DNA of 64,000 bases from Macrostomum hystrix (GCA_950097015.1 CATNEN010000038.1:15996001-16060000); one strand, 5' to 3'; positions 37,057 to 50,734 are shown, counted from the stretch's first letter. Translations and numbers: made by a program. The notes: generated from the letters alone by a model not told the origin.

Positions 37057-39732
37057 TGCCAACAACAGAATCAGATTTCAATTTTGAATTCAGGATTTAG
37101 AAATCCCCATTGTATAGTCAGTATGTTTGTTTCTAGATGCCATGGGACAGCATTGAAATAGTCCAAAACAATCTGATTGGTCAGTTTCTGATCAACCAAT
37201 CAGCGTAGCTCACTGGCATTACTCAATTTTGCCTGTGAGTCTATAGCCAGTTTTGTATCTGCCAAGATCGGCGAGCTTGGGTTGAGACTTCGGAAGCCTC
37301 TAAAGCTTGGCGTGTCATTTATTTCAGCTCAGATTAATGACTAAATAAGTCGGTATACAGCAATCTAACCGTATATTGGATAATATCTGCAAAAAAATTA
37401 TTGAAGCCTTTTTGGAAAAAGCTATTTTGGTTGCATTTTATTGCATTTTTGTGTTTCTCTTCGCAATCGAAATGAATTATGGGCACATTCCAGTGGCTAA
37501 TGGAGGATTTTTTCAAATCAATCATATTCGTGTATATAGCTAAAGAGTTAAAAATAAACAAATTTCTCTATATTTCGCGTACTTAAGTCCCATCCCATAT
37601 CTCCCCTATCTCACATTTTCCTATGTCTCATCTCATCCCTATCTCACCTTCTCCATGGTGCCGCATCTCCCGTGTATTAGTGGTGTATGTCTCTCCAGTC
37701 TAATCTTGTTATTATTTCTCTGTCGTTTTATCTCTTCCATATATCTTATCTCTCATAAGAGAGAAAAATAGCTAATAAATGTTTTAGCAGCTATAATTGA
37801 AAATGAAGAAGTAAATATAGGAAAATTTAGTATTTCCAAGACAGAGATTCCTACAGCAGGTCAGATACTCGTAATGTTGAAATCGATATCAAAGCCAGGC
37901 TTATGCCTCGATACAATTACGCGCGATCAAGACCCTGCTGGAGAAAAGGTCAACTACTGGAAGCTGCACCATCGGATAGAGCGGAAAATCTTAGCTTGTT
38001 CTGGATTTTCATGGCGAATTAAAGTTGAAATTTTTAGGAGATACCGAAAATAAAAGTGTCTCAATGAAATTACGGCCCGTTGTCTTTCTCAAGGACCAGG
38101 CTTAAAAAATACTGCTGTACTTATAGTAGTTTCGGATGTATATTTTAATATTAAATCGTGCTCGTAAGCGCGCGTACTTTTACAATGCAAGGTTAAAAGT
38201 GTACGCGCGTTTGTAAATTGTTAGTGCAAAGGTGCACTGACCTGACCTGTATCACCTCCTGTTCCAAAGATGATCCTATAGTTGAGCTTTGCTCTCGTAA
38301 GAGTAAAGTCAATTGTACAAAAACCAGTTGCTGCAGATCAATAGAAGCTACTATACTGACTAAATCGAATGACAATATATTTGTGCCATATTTTTAACAA
38401 ACCAAATTCACTCAGGTTTTTCTACATATTATACACAATTGAATGAATTATTACTCAAAAGTATACTCATATTTACAGAGGTGCTTGAAAACTATAAACG
38501 ATTGCATATGTAGCAGACCTCTCAGCTCTCTCTCTATTTAATCTTGGATTTGGGATTGGTGAGCTGAGTATTTGGGGGGAATGGTAGCGTAAGTTATGAG
38601 GGTGAGAATAGGTATTTTCCACGCAGTTCGGGTTATACCAAAGGTAGCGCTAATGCCCAAGCGCAAGACACTAGCTACTAACAATGGGAGAAGAATCGAC
38701 TGCTGCTGGCACGAGGGCTAAGGTCACTGATCTGGGGCACACAGTCCGTGGGGCGTATCAGGATGGATCGAAGTTGCCTGGTAAACGTCCTTCGCACTCT
38801 CACTTACTTTCCTCTATGGGGTCCGGAATTAGTGCAGTTCCAGGGAGATAATGGCGGAGTTTAGGGACTTCAAGGGGGTATTTAGGGAACTTTAGGTGGA
38901 CTTCAGATAGACTTCAGGGGGACTTGATTAGATTTTAGGACGGTATATTGCATGGGATTTCAAAGGGATTATATAATAGGGTGGATTTGGGTTAAGAAGG
39001 CCGACGAGAGATCTTTGGGAGAGGATTGGGAAGGCAAAGGTATCTAACTGTTTTTCTCTTATTAGGAAAATAACTAAGGAACTCGGTTTATTTAATAGCG
39101 AAACAGGGAAAGAGGTAGGAAGTGGAATCGCTTATATTTCGTAGAGCAAAACCTTGAGAACGTATAGAACGTAGAGCAGGTCCAACAGGGGTCAAGATCG
39201 CATTATATTCTTCTCTGTATATATATACCAAAATTGGGGTGGGTGCATGTCTCGCTTGAGTGCGCATACAACGAACAAAGAGCGCTGCGTGAGGTTACGA
39301 CAAATATAGCTAGCGCGTGAGAAAAAGTGGCGGGAATTCAAAATGAAAAAGGTCCTAATTATTCACTACCTCATATACTTTTAATTCATAGGATCAGCAA
39401 ACGCCGAAGGCAGGCCTTCATAGCTACAATTATTTTAAGTTGCGACCATGCTGTTAAGTTACATTCTAACTGCAGTACAGCCAATTGACAACTGATAATT
39501 GTGAACTGATACTAGCAACAGCTTTTAATGGCTCAAAGATTAGAAAGATAAATGGTCCAGATTTTGAACTTTGAACTTGGTGGTGCAAAACTCAAAATAT
39601 TAGATTGCCGAATCTCTTACAGTTATAACTAGCTAATAAGCTGAACCAATCGAGAGAAACTGAAGACAAATTGAAAATCTCGACTCAAGCGAAGCATTTT
39701 AAAAGTTCTTTAGCCAGCACTAGCGGAGCAAT

Positions 39733-39845
39733 TTAAGGTGGGTGTGGCGTCCACCCAGTCCATGGACTAAACAGATGTACACAGCCTTCAGATGCGATGC
39801 GCCACACAATAGCTGCGGCTGTGCTGTCGACTTGTACATCTGGAG
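39733..39845 (+). mobile_element. 5'-truncated SINE family A fragment
   Basis: aaggtgggtgtggcgtcc...cagccttcagatgcg...gctgcggctgtgctgtcg matches 13287-13390. Confidence 0.8.
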
Positions 39846-40170
39846 ATAGTAATTAGCGGGCCCCTAATTATATTTATGTCTAGCACTTAAACATGTGCAT
39901 ATTAATTAAAAGTTACAACTCGTACTTAACAAAATTAAGACTTTTGACTCATTAAGACTATTTCAAAGCAGACATGTTTAATTTTATCTTACAAATAAAA
40001 GTATCTGTCAGTTAAAACAATATAATAAAACCATTATATTTCAGGCATAGTCATCTAACAATAACAAGGTTAGTAAATCATGAATACAAGTATTTTCCCG
40101 AACTTTTATTGCCTGTGATTTATTCATCAAGCTACATTTAGTCAACAAATTTTGGCACCAATTTAAATGT

Positions 40171-42336
40171 TTAGCTCTTCACCGACATTGCGTTAGCCAG
40201 AAGCTCCCGGCTGATGATCAGACGCTGAATCTGCGATGTGCCCTCGTAAATTTGATAAATCTTGGCGTCTCGCATCAGCTTCTCCACAGGGTATTCTTTG
40301 TTATAACCGTTGCCGCCAAAGATTTGCACAGCGTCCGAGGCCGACTTATTAGCCACATCGGAAGCGAACGCTTTGGCAACGCTGGCGTAATAAGTATTGC
40401 GCCTGCCGCAATCGGCCTCGTAGGCAGCGCGCCAAACAGCCAACCGGGCTGTCTCCAGACCGATGGCCATGTCGGCTAGTAGGAAGGCGACAGCCTGATG
40501 CTGAACAATGGGCACGCCCATGGTCTTTCGCTGCATCGAGTACTGAGTAGCTTCGTGTAGGGCGCGCTTAGCCAGCCCGACAGCGCCAGCACCAACGGGG
40601 GCTCGAGTCTTGTCAAAGGCGCCCATGGCAATCTTGAAGCCCATACCTGGCGTGCCGAGGACATTCTTAGCTGGCACAACCACATCTTCGAATGTGATGC
40701 CGCGAGTGTCCGAAGCCCGCTGGCCCAGGTTGTCCTCCTTGCGGCCCGGATTGACGCCCGGGGTGTCGCGATCCACAATGAAGCCGGTGAACGCTTTGCC
40801 GGCTGGCGTCTTAGGATCAGGGTCACTCCTGGCCAGGACGAAGTACCAATTGGCCACGCCACCGTTGGTGATCCACATCTTTTGTCCGTTGAGCACCCAG
40901 TCGTTGCCTTTGCGGACGGCGGTGGTTCGAATTCCGGCAACATCGCTGCCAGCTCCCGGCTCGGTGACACCGTAGGCGCACATCAGCGGCTCGTCTACAA
41001 GCCTGCCCAGGTACTCCTTCTGCTGCTCCTTGTTGCCAAACATCAGCAAGGGACTCGAACCCAGGCCATTGCCAAGCATAGCAGTCTGGATTCCCGAACA
41101 GCCGAAAGCGAACTCTTCAGTAGCTAGGCAACCATCAAAGACCCCCAATTCTAGGCCGCCAAGCCATTTAGGCAAGCTGAGGTTCATGAGGCCAAGAGAA
41201 TGAGCTTTGCGAATCACTGGCCATGGATACTCGCCACTGGCGTCATACTGAGCAGCCACGGGTACGATTTCATCCAAAGTGAACTTGCGAGCAAGCTCTT
41301 GTAGTGAACGCTGTTCTTCAGAGAGTTCTAAAATATGAATGTTGTGTGTAGCCAGTGAGAAGCGAAATATGGAATTATTAAAAAAAATTGCTAATTATTG
41401 AGCAATATAAATTGCCAATTATACTTATACAGAGGTTGAAGCCCAGTAGTTTTAGCTATAGACTATCTCAACAAATAGAAATAATCTACATACTTTGCAT
41501 GCAATTGTTCATGCAGGACTTCATTGTCAACAGCGCATGCACTTAAAAGCTGTGTATAAAGCACAAAGTAACAATGTATATGTCTAATGGTTGTACAATC
41601 GGCCTAAAAGGGCTTGGTGTAGTTATGTTTTTATTATTCTATTTCATTAATATTTCAAGAAAACCTGTCAATATACCATGAATGGTAAACAGTTGAGAGA
41701 AGCAACCAATAGTATGGTTCATACTTGTATGCTCTTTGCTTCATGTCCATTTATAGTAATTATAATGCATGCATACTGAATAGTCTTTTGGCTTTGATTT
41801 GTGGTGGTAACTAGGGGTATTTGCCATTTTCATTTAGTAGGGGCCTAAAAGAAGCATATAGAATATAGGACAATTTTTTTTGTCTATTTTTGTCTATAAA
41901 TATTTGTCTATAACTATTGAAAGAAAATCATACTTCCTTCTTATTATAATATTATACTTTGTATCAAAGGCCTGGCTATGATAGTGAAAAAAAAATTATA
42001 TCAAACTAGATACACCTGCCATCTACTAGGTTTCAATACAAGACTCTTTAGGAGAAATTTTTGAAGCCATAGTCAAGAAGATAATTGTAACAGACAATGA
42101 AACTATAAATGCAACTAAACTCCAAATAAATTCTTTTAAAGGTAAGGATAGAGGTTAGCAATTATGTACACCTCTGATGCTGATAAACATATCGCAAAAC
42201 AGCTTTGCAATAGCCAAATAATTTAATTAAATTTAATTTGTAACTTACTAAATGAAATACCACCAACAACCTCGGTGGAGCACTTGCGTGACAAGCTTGA
42301 TGCTATTTTAACTGACTTTGAAATTCTACTCAGCAT
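40171..42336 (-). CDS. ACADM: Medium-chain acyl-CoA dehydrogenase, mitochondrial; 2 exons: 42336-42249, 41327-40171
   Basis: Exon 1 [21 protein letters not shown]... resembles a mitochondrial presequence and joins [16 protein letters not shown]; [63 protein letters not shown] (catalytic Glu). Confidence 0.95.
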
Positions 42337-44690
42337 CTTTAAATCCTTAATTTAATGACTAAATAATAAAGAAGTACTAAGTCGCTAAATAATTGCCTAG
42401 GTGGTACTAACGTGAATAAACAACTCAACGTGGAAAGTAAAAGCTTCGTTTTTATAGAAAATTTTGCATTTAAAATGAATAAGAATGACTCTATAAAACA
42501 ATGCATTTACGTCTTGCAACGTATTTTTTAAATAAAAAACTAGAAAGCTAAATTTTATGAACAAAAATTAACTTTTTGTTACTTTACGCGCTTGTACCGA
42601 AATGTTTTTGCCCTAATGCGTTAAACTTTTTCGTTGAAGGTTAGCCCTCAAATAGGCAATTGTGAGGTGTCTCGCAAACGGCTTTTCAATATATATATAT
42701 ATATAGTTTTATGCTAGTAAGTAGACTAATTTTGCCTAAATAACAGTTAATGCATTATACTGAATATATAAATAAGATGTGCTCTCACACAATAAGAAAG
42801 ATGCTGAGTTTTTTAAACATTCACCATTTTATCAAAAAAATTCTACAGCTGACTTTCAAATTATCGTTAAATTCACCCATTTCATGTCAATCTTTTAATT
42901 TTTAATTTCCTCAAATTCTAGAATCAAAAATAGGCCTAACTGTTTTTTAACTTATTAAAATTCGGAAAATTTCAAATGAGTATCCATTTAGCAAAATTAA
43001 AGTTTAGGGACTTGAATCTTTGTAACTAAATAAAGATTTAGTTTGTCTTAGGATTACCTGATTTATAACTGAATAAATATTTTGCAACTTTAAGTGCCTA
43101 GTTAACATTCTTCATGTATAACTTTTACATGAATAGGCTATCTTAAATAAATACTCATCTGCTTATAATAACATGTTGTAGCTAGGCCCCTATTACAATG
43201 GGAGACACTAATTCTCTGCTGTTGGGTGGACATTTATTTTCTTCTGCTGGTCAGAACCTAGGCCCTATAGACATTTTGTGTGCTTAAGACTGTTTTCCAA
43301 AGGTGGTTTTTGGTCTATCTGGATAGAAGAAATTAGCTTATTAATGGTATATGTATATTTAGTTTGGATCCCTGTCATTTCTGCAACAAATTAATTTAGC
43401 AAAAGCCTATTTGATAACAAGATGATTCTGGCAACTAATAATATAGCTAAATGGCCTTATACACTAGACAAAGTTACACTTAAAGTTAGTATTAGTCAAC
43501 AAAGTTAAAATATTTCACTTTGTTATATTAGGCTAGTAAACTTTTATAAAAAAGAAAAAAACATATCAGTAATTTAAGTAATAGCATTTATAATATGCAA
43601 GCAACTAGTTTGAAGATTTTTGTATCAAGGCTAGCCTAATTAGCAGACAGTAATTAGTAAACTTCAAGCAAGCTTTTGGTGGTATACTTCCTATTGTTCC
43701 TAGAAATATACTTTGCCCAAAAGTACTGATTCTGTTGGTCACTGCATTAGTATGTAGCTCTGCCAACTTTGCTGTGTACCTTAAGCTACAAGTTGTAGCC
43801 CAATTGTAGCTAGGCCTAGCTGTGCCTACAAGAAGATTGATAGACAAGAAGATAGAATACAAGCTTGCACCTGCACTCTTGTATTCAATTTGCCAGAGAG
43901 AGGCAAATTTTTTAATATAGGCCTACCTAATATTTGGATTAGCTAGATATGCTTTCTAGTCTGCTTGGTCTTTGTTCTTATATTGCTTTGTTTCTAAAAA
44001 GTAGGTTGCACAATACACACTAAATGGTGAAAATAGCCATTTAGTCCTCATTCTAATCCAACTTTGAAAATGTTTTTGGTTGGGCCTATTAAATTTAACT
44101 TATTTAGTTACGTTAGCCCATTTAAAATTACTTTTTAATATTTTAAGTTTAGAAGTAGCTTTTTATCAAGCAAGTTTGAGCAATAAATAAATATTTTTTT
44201 TCTATTTAATTTGCTACTATTTCAGTGTTTTTGATTCTAGGCTATCAATAAGCTTAAGTTTGTCATAACTAGGAGATTTGCATTTGTTATTGAAAATTTT
44301 AGTATGCACTGAGTCTACTAGGCTTAATAATTTGGTATACATGTCATATTTGAAAAAAATAACAACATTGCTGCTAGCATTTAAAAAAGTTATGCAACAG
44401 TGTAACCACTATAAATTATTGTGTATATAAACTGTTATATTGTTACATTATATAGCATTGTTATATTGGTAATATAATATATAAACATAATGTATAAAAA
44501 TGTTTTGCATTGGTACTAACTAAATAATTTCCAGCAGCACATAAGCTATCTTGGTTAGTTTAGTCCACTAAAGCTTAAGGCTCAGTGATTTTAACTTAGC
44601 CCAAGGAATATAGTTTTTTAATTATTTAACAAGACACTTGATTCTTTAGGCTCTAGTGCTTTAATACAAATAGCTGTAAAATGGGTACTA

Positions 44691-45668
44691 GGGTGATTCT
44701 CACGGGATTGCCACAGTACTGAAAAAACGTGTCTTTTCAAAAAAATATATTTTATAATGTAATTTGAAGCTGTCCTGTTGAACCATTTGTGTTCTATCGA
44801 TGTTTCCCTATGTGGGGCACTAAAGCTTTGTTATAAATTCCATTTGTTTACATATTTTTAAATCACTAGAAATCATGAAAGTCTGTAAAAGCACCGTGTC
44901 TCACACATGTTAGTCAAAGATTAAGACTTTCCCTTGTCAAAAGTGTTTGTGTTCAAGACGTCGTTGTTCTTTTATATGGCAATATATAACTAAAATAAGC
45001 ATTAGGAAACATAATTTCTATTATAATTCAGCTATATCTACTTACTTTGTGGCTTTTATAAGTGTCTCACAAAACTTAACTCATCGGATCTACGTCAGAC
45101 CTCTTGACCTAAATTCGTCAGTAAAAAATTAGTGGTAGCATATTCAGTGCTAAATCCTCTTGCAAACGAAATATATATTTATTTGCTTTCATAAAACTAT
45201 AGGCACACTACATACTATCTCTATTCAACTACCGAAAAACTAAAATGTAAAAAAACAGATTTTTTTGAGTAAGCAGTTTGACTCATCGGATCTACATCGG
45301 GGAAATGTAAAATTCTCAGGATGTGTATTCTGTAAAACCGCAAATGCTATATCATATTATGAAGGGTACATAGATGTCTCTAATGACATTTGGCACTTTA
45401 TTCTAGCCCCAATGGATTCCTTAATATTTGCATTTAATAGCAGTTTTACTCATTGGATCTACAGCCCTCAAAAGCGTAGATCCGATGAATGATGAATGAA
45501 GAATTTGAATGAGGAATGATGAATTTGTCAATGAAGTGTTAAAAACTGCTTTAAACTACTTTTTACTGTAGCTTATATAATATACTGCAGTAATAGATGA
45601 AAAAACAATCAAAATTGGCAAAAAAAACACTTTGGACACTAAAAGTGGCAACTCTGTGAGAACCACCC
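44691..45668. mobile_element. Non-autonomous DNA transposon (MITE) with 24-bp imperfect TIRs and 4-bp TSD ACTA, inserted into a decayed SINE A
   Basis: Left GGGTGATTCTCACGGGATTGCCAC; right end reverse complement GGGTGGTTCTCACAGAGTTGCCAC; ACTA on both sides; flanks rejoin into the SINE A sequence. Confidence 0.8.
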
Positions 45669-45771
45669 ACTAGCATTAGCTTGCATTGAAATTTTGGCGG
45701 GAAATTGTGCCACAGACCTATTCAGTTAATTAATATACTAATGTTCTTTATCTGATTCTGTTTCTAGTCAA

Positions 45772-48700
45772 ATGGGCAACACCCCAGGTAGTGACAGTAG
45801 CCAGTCAAGGCGACCTTCTGGCCTAGCTGAGACGGCTGGCTATCAGCCGCCATTAAAAAAGAAGCCACAAGTGGACTCACAAGAGGCTCGATCGGGTAGC
45901 ACCACAGATCTGTCAGCTATTATAAAGGTAAGAGAAGTGCTTTGAACTAATAACCAAGAGCTCATCACAAAGATTATATATGCTTGTGTAAAACTGGGTA
46001 CCAGAATAATAATAATAATTGCAAGAGGGCAGTGAAGGGCAATGGTACACTATTTCGTGACAGTAGACCTGCGGCCGTCAAGAAAGGCAATTCTGCCCAT
46101 TCCGCTGACTCCTGACTCCTGAGCACAGACGCACACAGGTGTGTACATCTGCCCTGGCTTTTTCATCGTCAGTCAGTCTAAAATCTCACTCTGCCTTGGA
46201 GGTTGGCCCCCAAACCTTTTCTCCGCGGCTGCGCCCTAAATAAATGTGGCCTCGCCGCGGAATCGAGCTCAAGAGCCATCATGCGATAGGCAAACGCGTT
46301 AAACCTTTCTGTAAAGCATCCCGCTGGGTGCCAGAAACTGTTGTGATAAAAAAGTGGGATGGGTGCCCTAGTCAATGCAGCCAAAGGCACAAACAGTTTA
46401 TTCATTGTCGCTGCAACTTTGCGCCAGAATGTCAGTGAAGAGGAGCACTTTCGCCTGCGCGCGGCAACCCTGAGCGAGAAGCCGGGCGATCAGCTGACCG
46501 CCAGCAAGCTGCCGACTGTATTCAAATGGGAGGGCGGCGGCAAGCAGGTCTTTCTTAGCGGCAGCTTCAACGCCTGGCAGACGAAAATTCCACTAGTGAA
46601 AAGGTTTGTTTAAATACTAATTATACAAATAATTATTCACAGAAGCTTTTGACATAGGTTGCGTGAAAATTGCCTGCGCACAATTGACTCCGCGACAGTT
46701 GACTGCGTTGCTTTGTTATTACAAATCAACACTTTTATTACTATAAACACCATAGTTACTATTGAATTAGTAAATATAGAAGAAAGCAAACAAGTTTTTG
46801 TAAATAAAATACAAGTATATATACTCAGCAACAGCTAAACCCCCCCCCCAAACTCACGCTGTCACACGGGCACAAAAGTTAAGCAATGTCTTTAATTCTA
46901 GTCTCAGTATCGTGTGTAGGAACCACGAGCATGCAAAAGTGCCGTGACTCGTCGTGGCATCCTGATCACCAGCCGGTTGATGAACTCTTGGGGCAGCTGC
47001 TGCCAGGCATTCAGCACCGCCAGTCGCAACTGTTCAGCATTCTGTGGGGCATCCTGCTGAACTCTTCGCTTTACAAAGTCCCAGACATGCTCGATGGGGT
47101 TCATGTCTGGAGACTTTGACGGCCAGTTCAATGTGCGAATGCCGAGCTGCTCCTTCAGCAGATGCACGTGTGCTGCTCGATGTGGCGCAGCGTTGTCGTC
47201 TTGAAGCATGCAGTTCTGCGGGCCGCCAAAGGTTGTCGTAGCAAATGGCAGAAACTGCTGCTGTAGCAGCTCTGCATAGGTCTGCCCACCCCCTCCCCAA
47301 ATCCCCCATGCCGCACTTTGCGCTCGCGTCTGGCGGCTGCAGCCTTCACACATTTCTGAGTCACCGATGGCATACAAAACTTTTGGGCCGTGTGACAGCG
47401 TGAGTTGGGGGGGGTTAGCTGTTGCTGAGTATATATTGAATAAAAAAATTTTTGGCATTGCAACTAGCACATTTTGCCCCCCTTGGGGGGCTGTTCATAC
47501 AAAAATATGGTGTAATGCAGAAGAACAAAACATAACTGAAAATAAACAAAAACGAAAAGTCATTTCTTCAGTATGAATTTCCCTGATTGCGAATGTACGT
47601 GTTTGCGATTCAACGAGAATTAGAATTCTCACTAAATACAAAAATTGTTTGTCTGAGCTCGAATTACCACCATGAGTAACTATGGTGTTAATTGTTAATG
47701 AGAATGATAATAAAAGTTGTCGTCACACTAGCATAGCCCCGAGTGTACACCTGCCCTCACTTAAGCTTAAATAACACGAAAAGTCACCAAGCCTTCTTAC
47801 TGCGGTCCTTATGAACCCCCAATCATCCTTTGTTCATTGATAAATAAAAAAATTAATTGGTTCATTTGGTTTATAAACGAAATTTTTTTTATTTTCGCTT
47901 TTTTTAAACGAAACTTTTAGTCGCGATAACTTCTACACAATTGTCGAGTTGCCGCAGGGCGTTCACGAATACAAATTCATAGTTGACGACGTCTGGAAGC
48001 ACGATGGAAAACAGGTTAGCTGTTTGCTCTGTCTGTTTTGTTATTTTATAATTGTTTGGAAAACTCTAATCGATTAACATTAGAGAGACCACGCCATTTC
48101 CCCCCTGGGGGAAAGGCAACGGGGTATATCGAATACCCACTGCCTACTTCACTACTACTTTTAATGCCGATTGGTGGAATATTTTGGGAGATACAGAAAA
48201 AACTGTGGGCATTTGTAATGCCCCCCTGTAGTCTATCCACTGTTAAAAATATGCTGTTTAAATCTCTGCAGCCCACAGTTCCCAACACAATGGGTTCGGT
48301 AAACAATCAAATTGAAGTGAAAGCCTCCGATTTTGAAGTATTCGAAGCTCTGGCCATGGATATTGCCGAATCGGCCCAGCCCAAGGACACCAGCACCCAG
48401 TCCGAGGTGTCCGAACGAACACGCCATCGATCAGGCAGCCCGCCAGGTGAAAATTACCATTCTACTACCTGTGTTACCATTCTGCTACCTGTGTTACCAT
48501 TCTGCTACCTGTGTTACCATTCTGCTACCTGTGTTACCATTCTGCTACCTGTGTTACCATTCTGCTACCTGTGTTACCATTCTGCTACCTGTGTTACCAT
48601 TCTGCTACCTGTGTTACCATTCTGCTACCTGTGTTACCATTCTGCTACCTGTGTTACCATTCTGCTACCTGTGTTACCATTCTGCTACCTGTGTTACCAT

Positions 48701-50734
48701 TCTGCTACCTGTGTTACCATTCTGCTACCTGTGTTACCATTCTGCTACCTGTGTTACCATTCTACTACCGTGTTACCATTCTGCTACCTGTGTTACCATT
48801 CTGCTACCTGTCTTACCATTCTGCTACCCCGATTACCATTCTGCTACCCCGATTACCATTCTGCTACCCCGATTACCATTCTGCTACATGTGTTACCATT
48901 CTGCTACATGTGTTACCATTCTGCTGCCCGGATTACCATTCTGCTACCCAGATTACCATTCTGCTACCCGAATTACCATTTTGCTACCTGTGTTACCATT
49001 CTGCTACCCGGATTACCATTCTGCTACCCGGATTACCATTCTGCTACCTGTGTTTCCATTCTGCTACATGTGTTTCTATTCTGCTACCCAGATTACCATT
49101 CTGCTACCCGGATTACCATTCTGCTACCCGGATTACCATTCTGCTACCCGGATTACCATTTTGCTACCTGTGTTACCATTCTGCTACCCAGATTACCATT
49201 CTGCTACCCGGATTACCATTCTGCTACCCGGATTACCATTCTGCTACCTGTGTTTCCATTCTGCTACCCAGATTACCATTCTGCTACCCGGATTACCATT
49301 CTGCTACCCGGATTACCATTCTGCTACCCGGGTTACCATTCTGCTACCCGGATTACCATTCTGCTACCCAGATTACCATTCTGCTACCCAGATTACCATT
49401 CTGCTACCCGGATTACCATTCTGCTACCCGGGTTACCATTCTGCTACCCGGATTACCATTCTGCTACACGGATTACCATTCTGCTACCCGGATTACCATT
49501 CTGCTACCTGTGTTTCCATTCAGTTTCCCGGATTACCATTCTGCTACACGGATTACCGTTCTGCTACCCGGATTACCATTCTGCTACCCAGATTATTATT
49601 CTGCTACCCGGATTACAATTCTGCTACCCGGATTACCATTCTGCTACCCGGATTACCATTTTGCTACCTGTGTTACCATTCTGCTACCCAGATTACCATT
49701 CTGCTACCCGGATTACCATTCTGCTACCCGGATTACCATTCTGCTACCTGTGTTTCCATTCTGCTACCCGGATTACCATTCTGCTACCCAGATTACCATT
49801 CTGCTACCCAGATTACCATTCTGCTACCCGGATTACCATTCTGCTACCCGGGTTATCATTCTGCTACCTGTGTTTCCATTCAGTTTCCCGGATTACCATT
49901 CTGCTACACAGATTACCGTTCTGCTACCCGGATTACCATTCTGCTACCCAGATTATTATTCTGCTACCCGGATTACAATTCTGCTACCCGGATTACCATT
50001 CTGCTACCCGGATTACCATTCTGCTACCTGTGTTTCCATTCTGCTACCCGGATTACCATTCTGCTACCCAGATTACCATTCTGCTACCCGGATTACCATT
50101 CTGCTACACGGATTACCATTCTGCTACCCGGATTACCATTCTGCTACCTGTGTTTCCATTCAGTTTCCCGGATTACCATTCTGCTACACAGATTACCGTT
50201 CTGCTACCCGGATTACCATTCTGCTACCCAGATTATTATTCTGCTACCCGGATTACAATTCTGCTACCCGGATTATCATTCTGCTACCCGGATTGCAATT
50301 CTGCTACCAACATAATCAATCTGCAATCAATATAACAAATCTACAATTAACAATCCCAACCTGCTACCAACATTACCAATCTGCTACCAACACAACCAAT
50401 CTGCTACCAACATTACCAACCTGCTACAAACATTACCAATCTGCTACCATCATTACCAATCTGCACTGCAGGTCGGTACACCAGCACTGTGCCGCAGCCT
50501 CGACCAGTTGGTCCTGGCCGAAACCCGCCGGCCCTGCCGCAGCAGCTGCTCCAGGTGATACTTAATAAGCCAACCGACGCCAAATACGATCCTAATTTGC
50601 TACCAGAGCCGGATCACGTTATGCTCAATCATCTGTACGCATTGAGCATCAAAGATGGGGTCATTGTACTGTCTACTATACACCGCTATAGAAAAAAATT
50701 TGTCACTACGGTTATGTACAAACCTTGCGATTAG
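45772..50734 (+). CDS. PRKAB1: 5'-AMP-activated protein kinase beta subunit, 5 coding exons: 45772-45927, 46428-46603, 47921-48014, 48272-48446, 50472-50734
   Basis: MGN myristoylation start, carbohydrate-binding module (PTVFKWEGGGKQVFLSGSFNAW...KIPLVKS...LPQGVHEYKFIVDDVWKHD), SDFEVFEALAMD, C-terminal PPALPQQLLQVILNK...LPEPDHVMLNHLYALSIKDGVIVLSTIHRYRKKFVTTVMYKP; co-orthologous to PRKAB1/2. Confidence 0.95.
46005..46320 (-). mobile_element. tRNA-derived SINE family B in AMPK-beta coding intron 1, (ATT)n tail
   Basis: Shares ctccgcggctgcgc...ggcctcgccgcggaatcgagctca...ggcaaacgcgtta with 22925-23010. Confidence 0.75.
46822..47431 (-). mobile_element. Internally deleted Tc1 (DD34E) element with ~60-bp TIRs and TA TSD
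   Basis: TIR TACTCAGCAACAGCTAA(C)nAACTCACGCTGTCACACGG at both ends; residual transposase C-terminus QDDNAAPH...WPSKSPDMNPIEHVW...ARGSYTRY with 34 residues between D and E. Confidence 0.9.
48452..50465. repeat. 20-bp minisatellite (TTACCATTCTGCTACCTGTG / GATTACCATTCTGCTACCCG), about 100 units, filling AMPK-beta intron 4
   Basis: Directly visible; begins about 5 nt after the donor and decays into the acceptor. Confidence 0.98.

Noticed and set aside
39210-39430. Possible non-autonomous Helitron (TC...TATATATA start, GCCGAAGGC hairpin)
   Set aside because: No clear CTRR terminus and no second copy in the window
48038-50565. Three 660-765 aa plus-strand ORFs
   Set aside because: Read-through of the intronic 20-bp minisatellite; only the AMPK-beta exon parts are real
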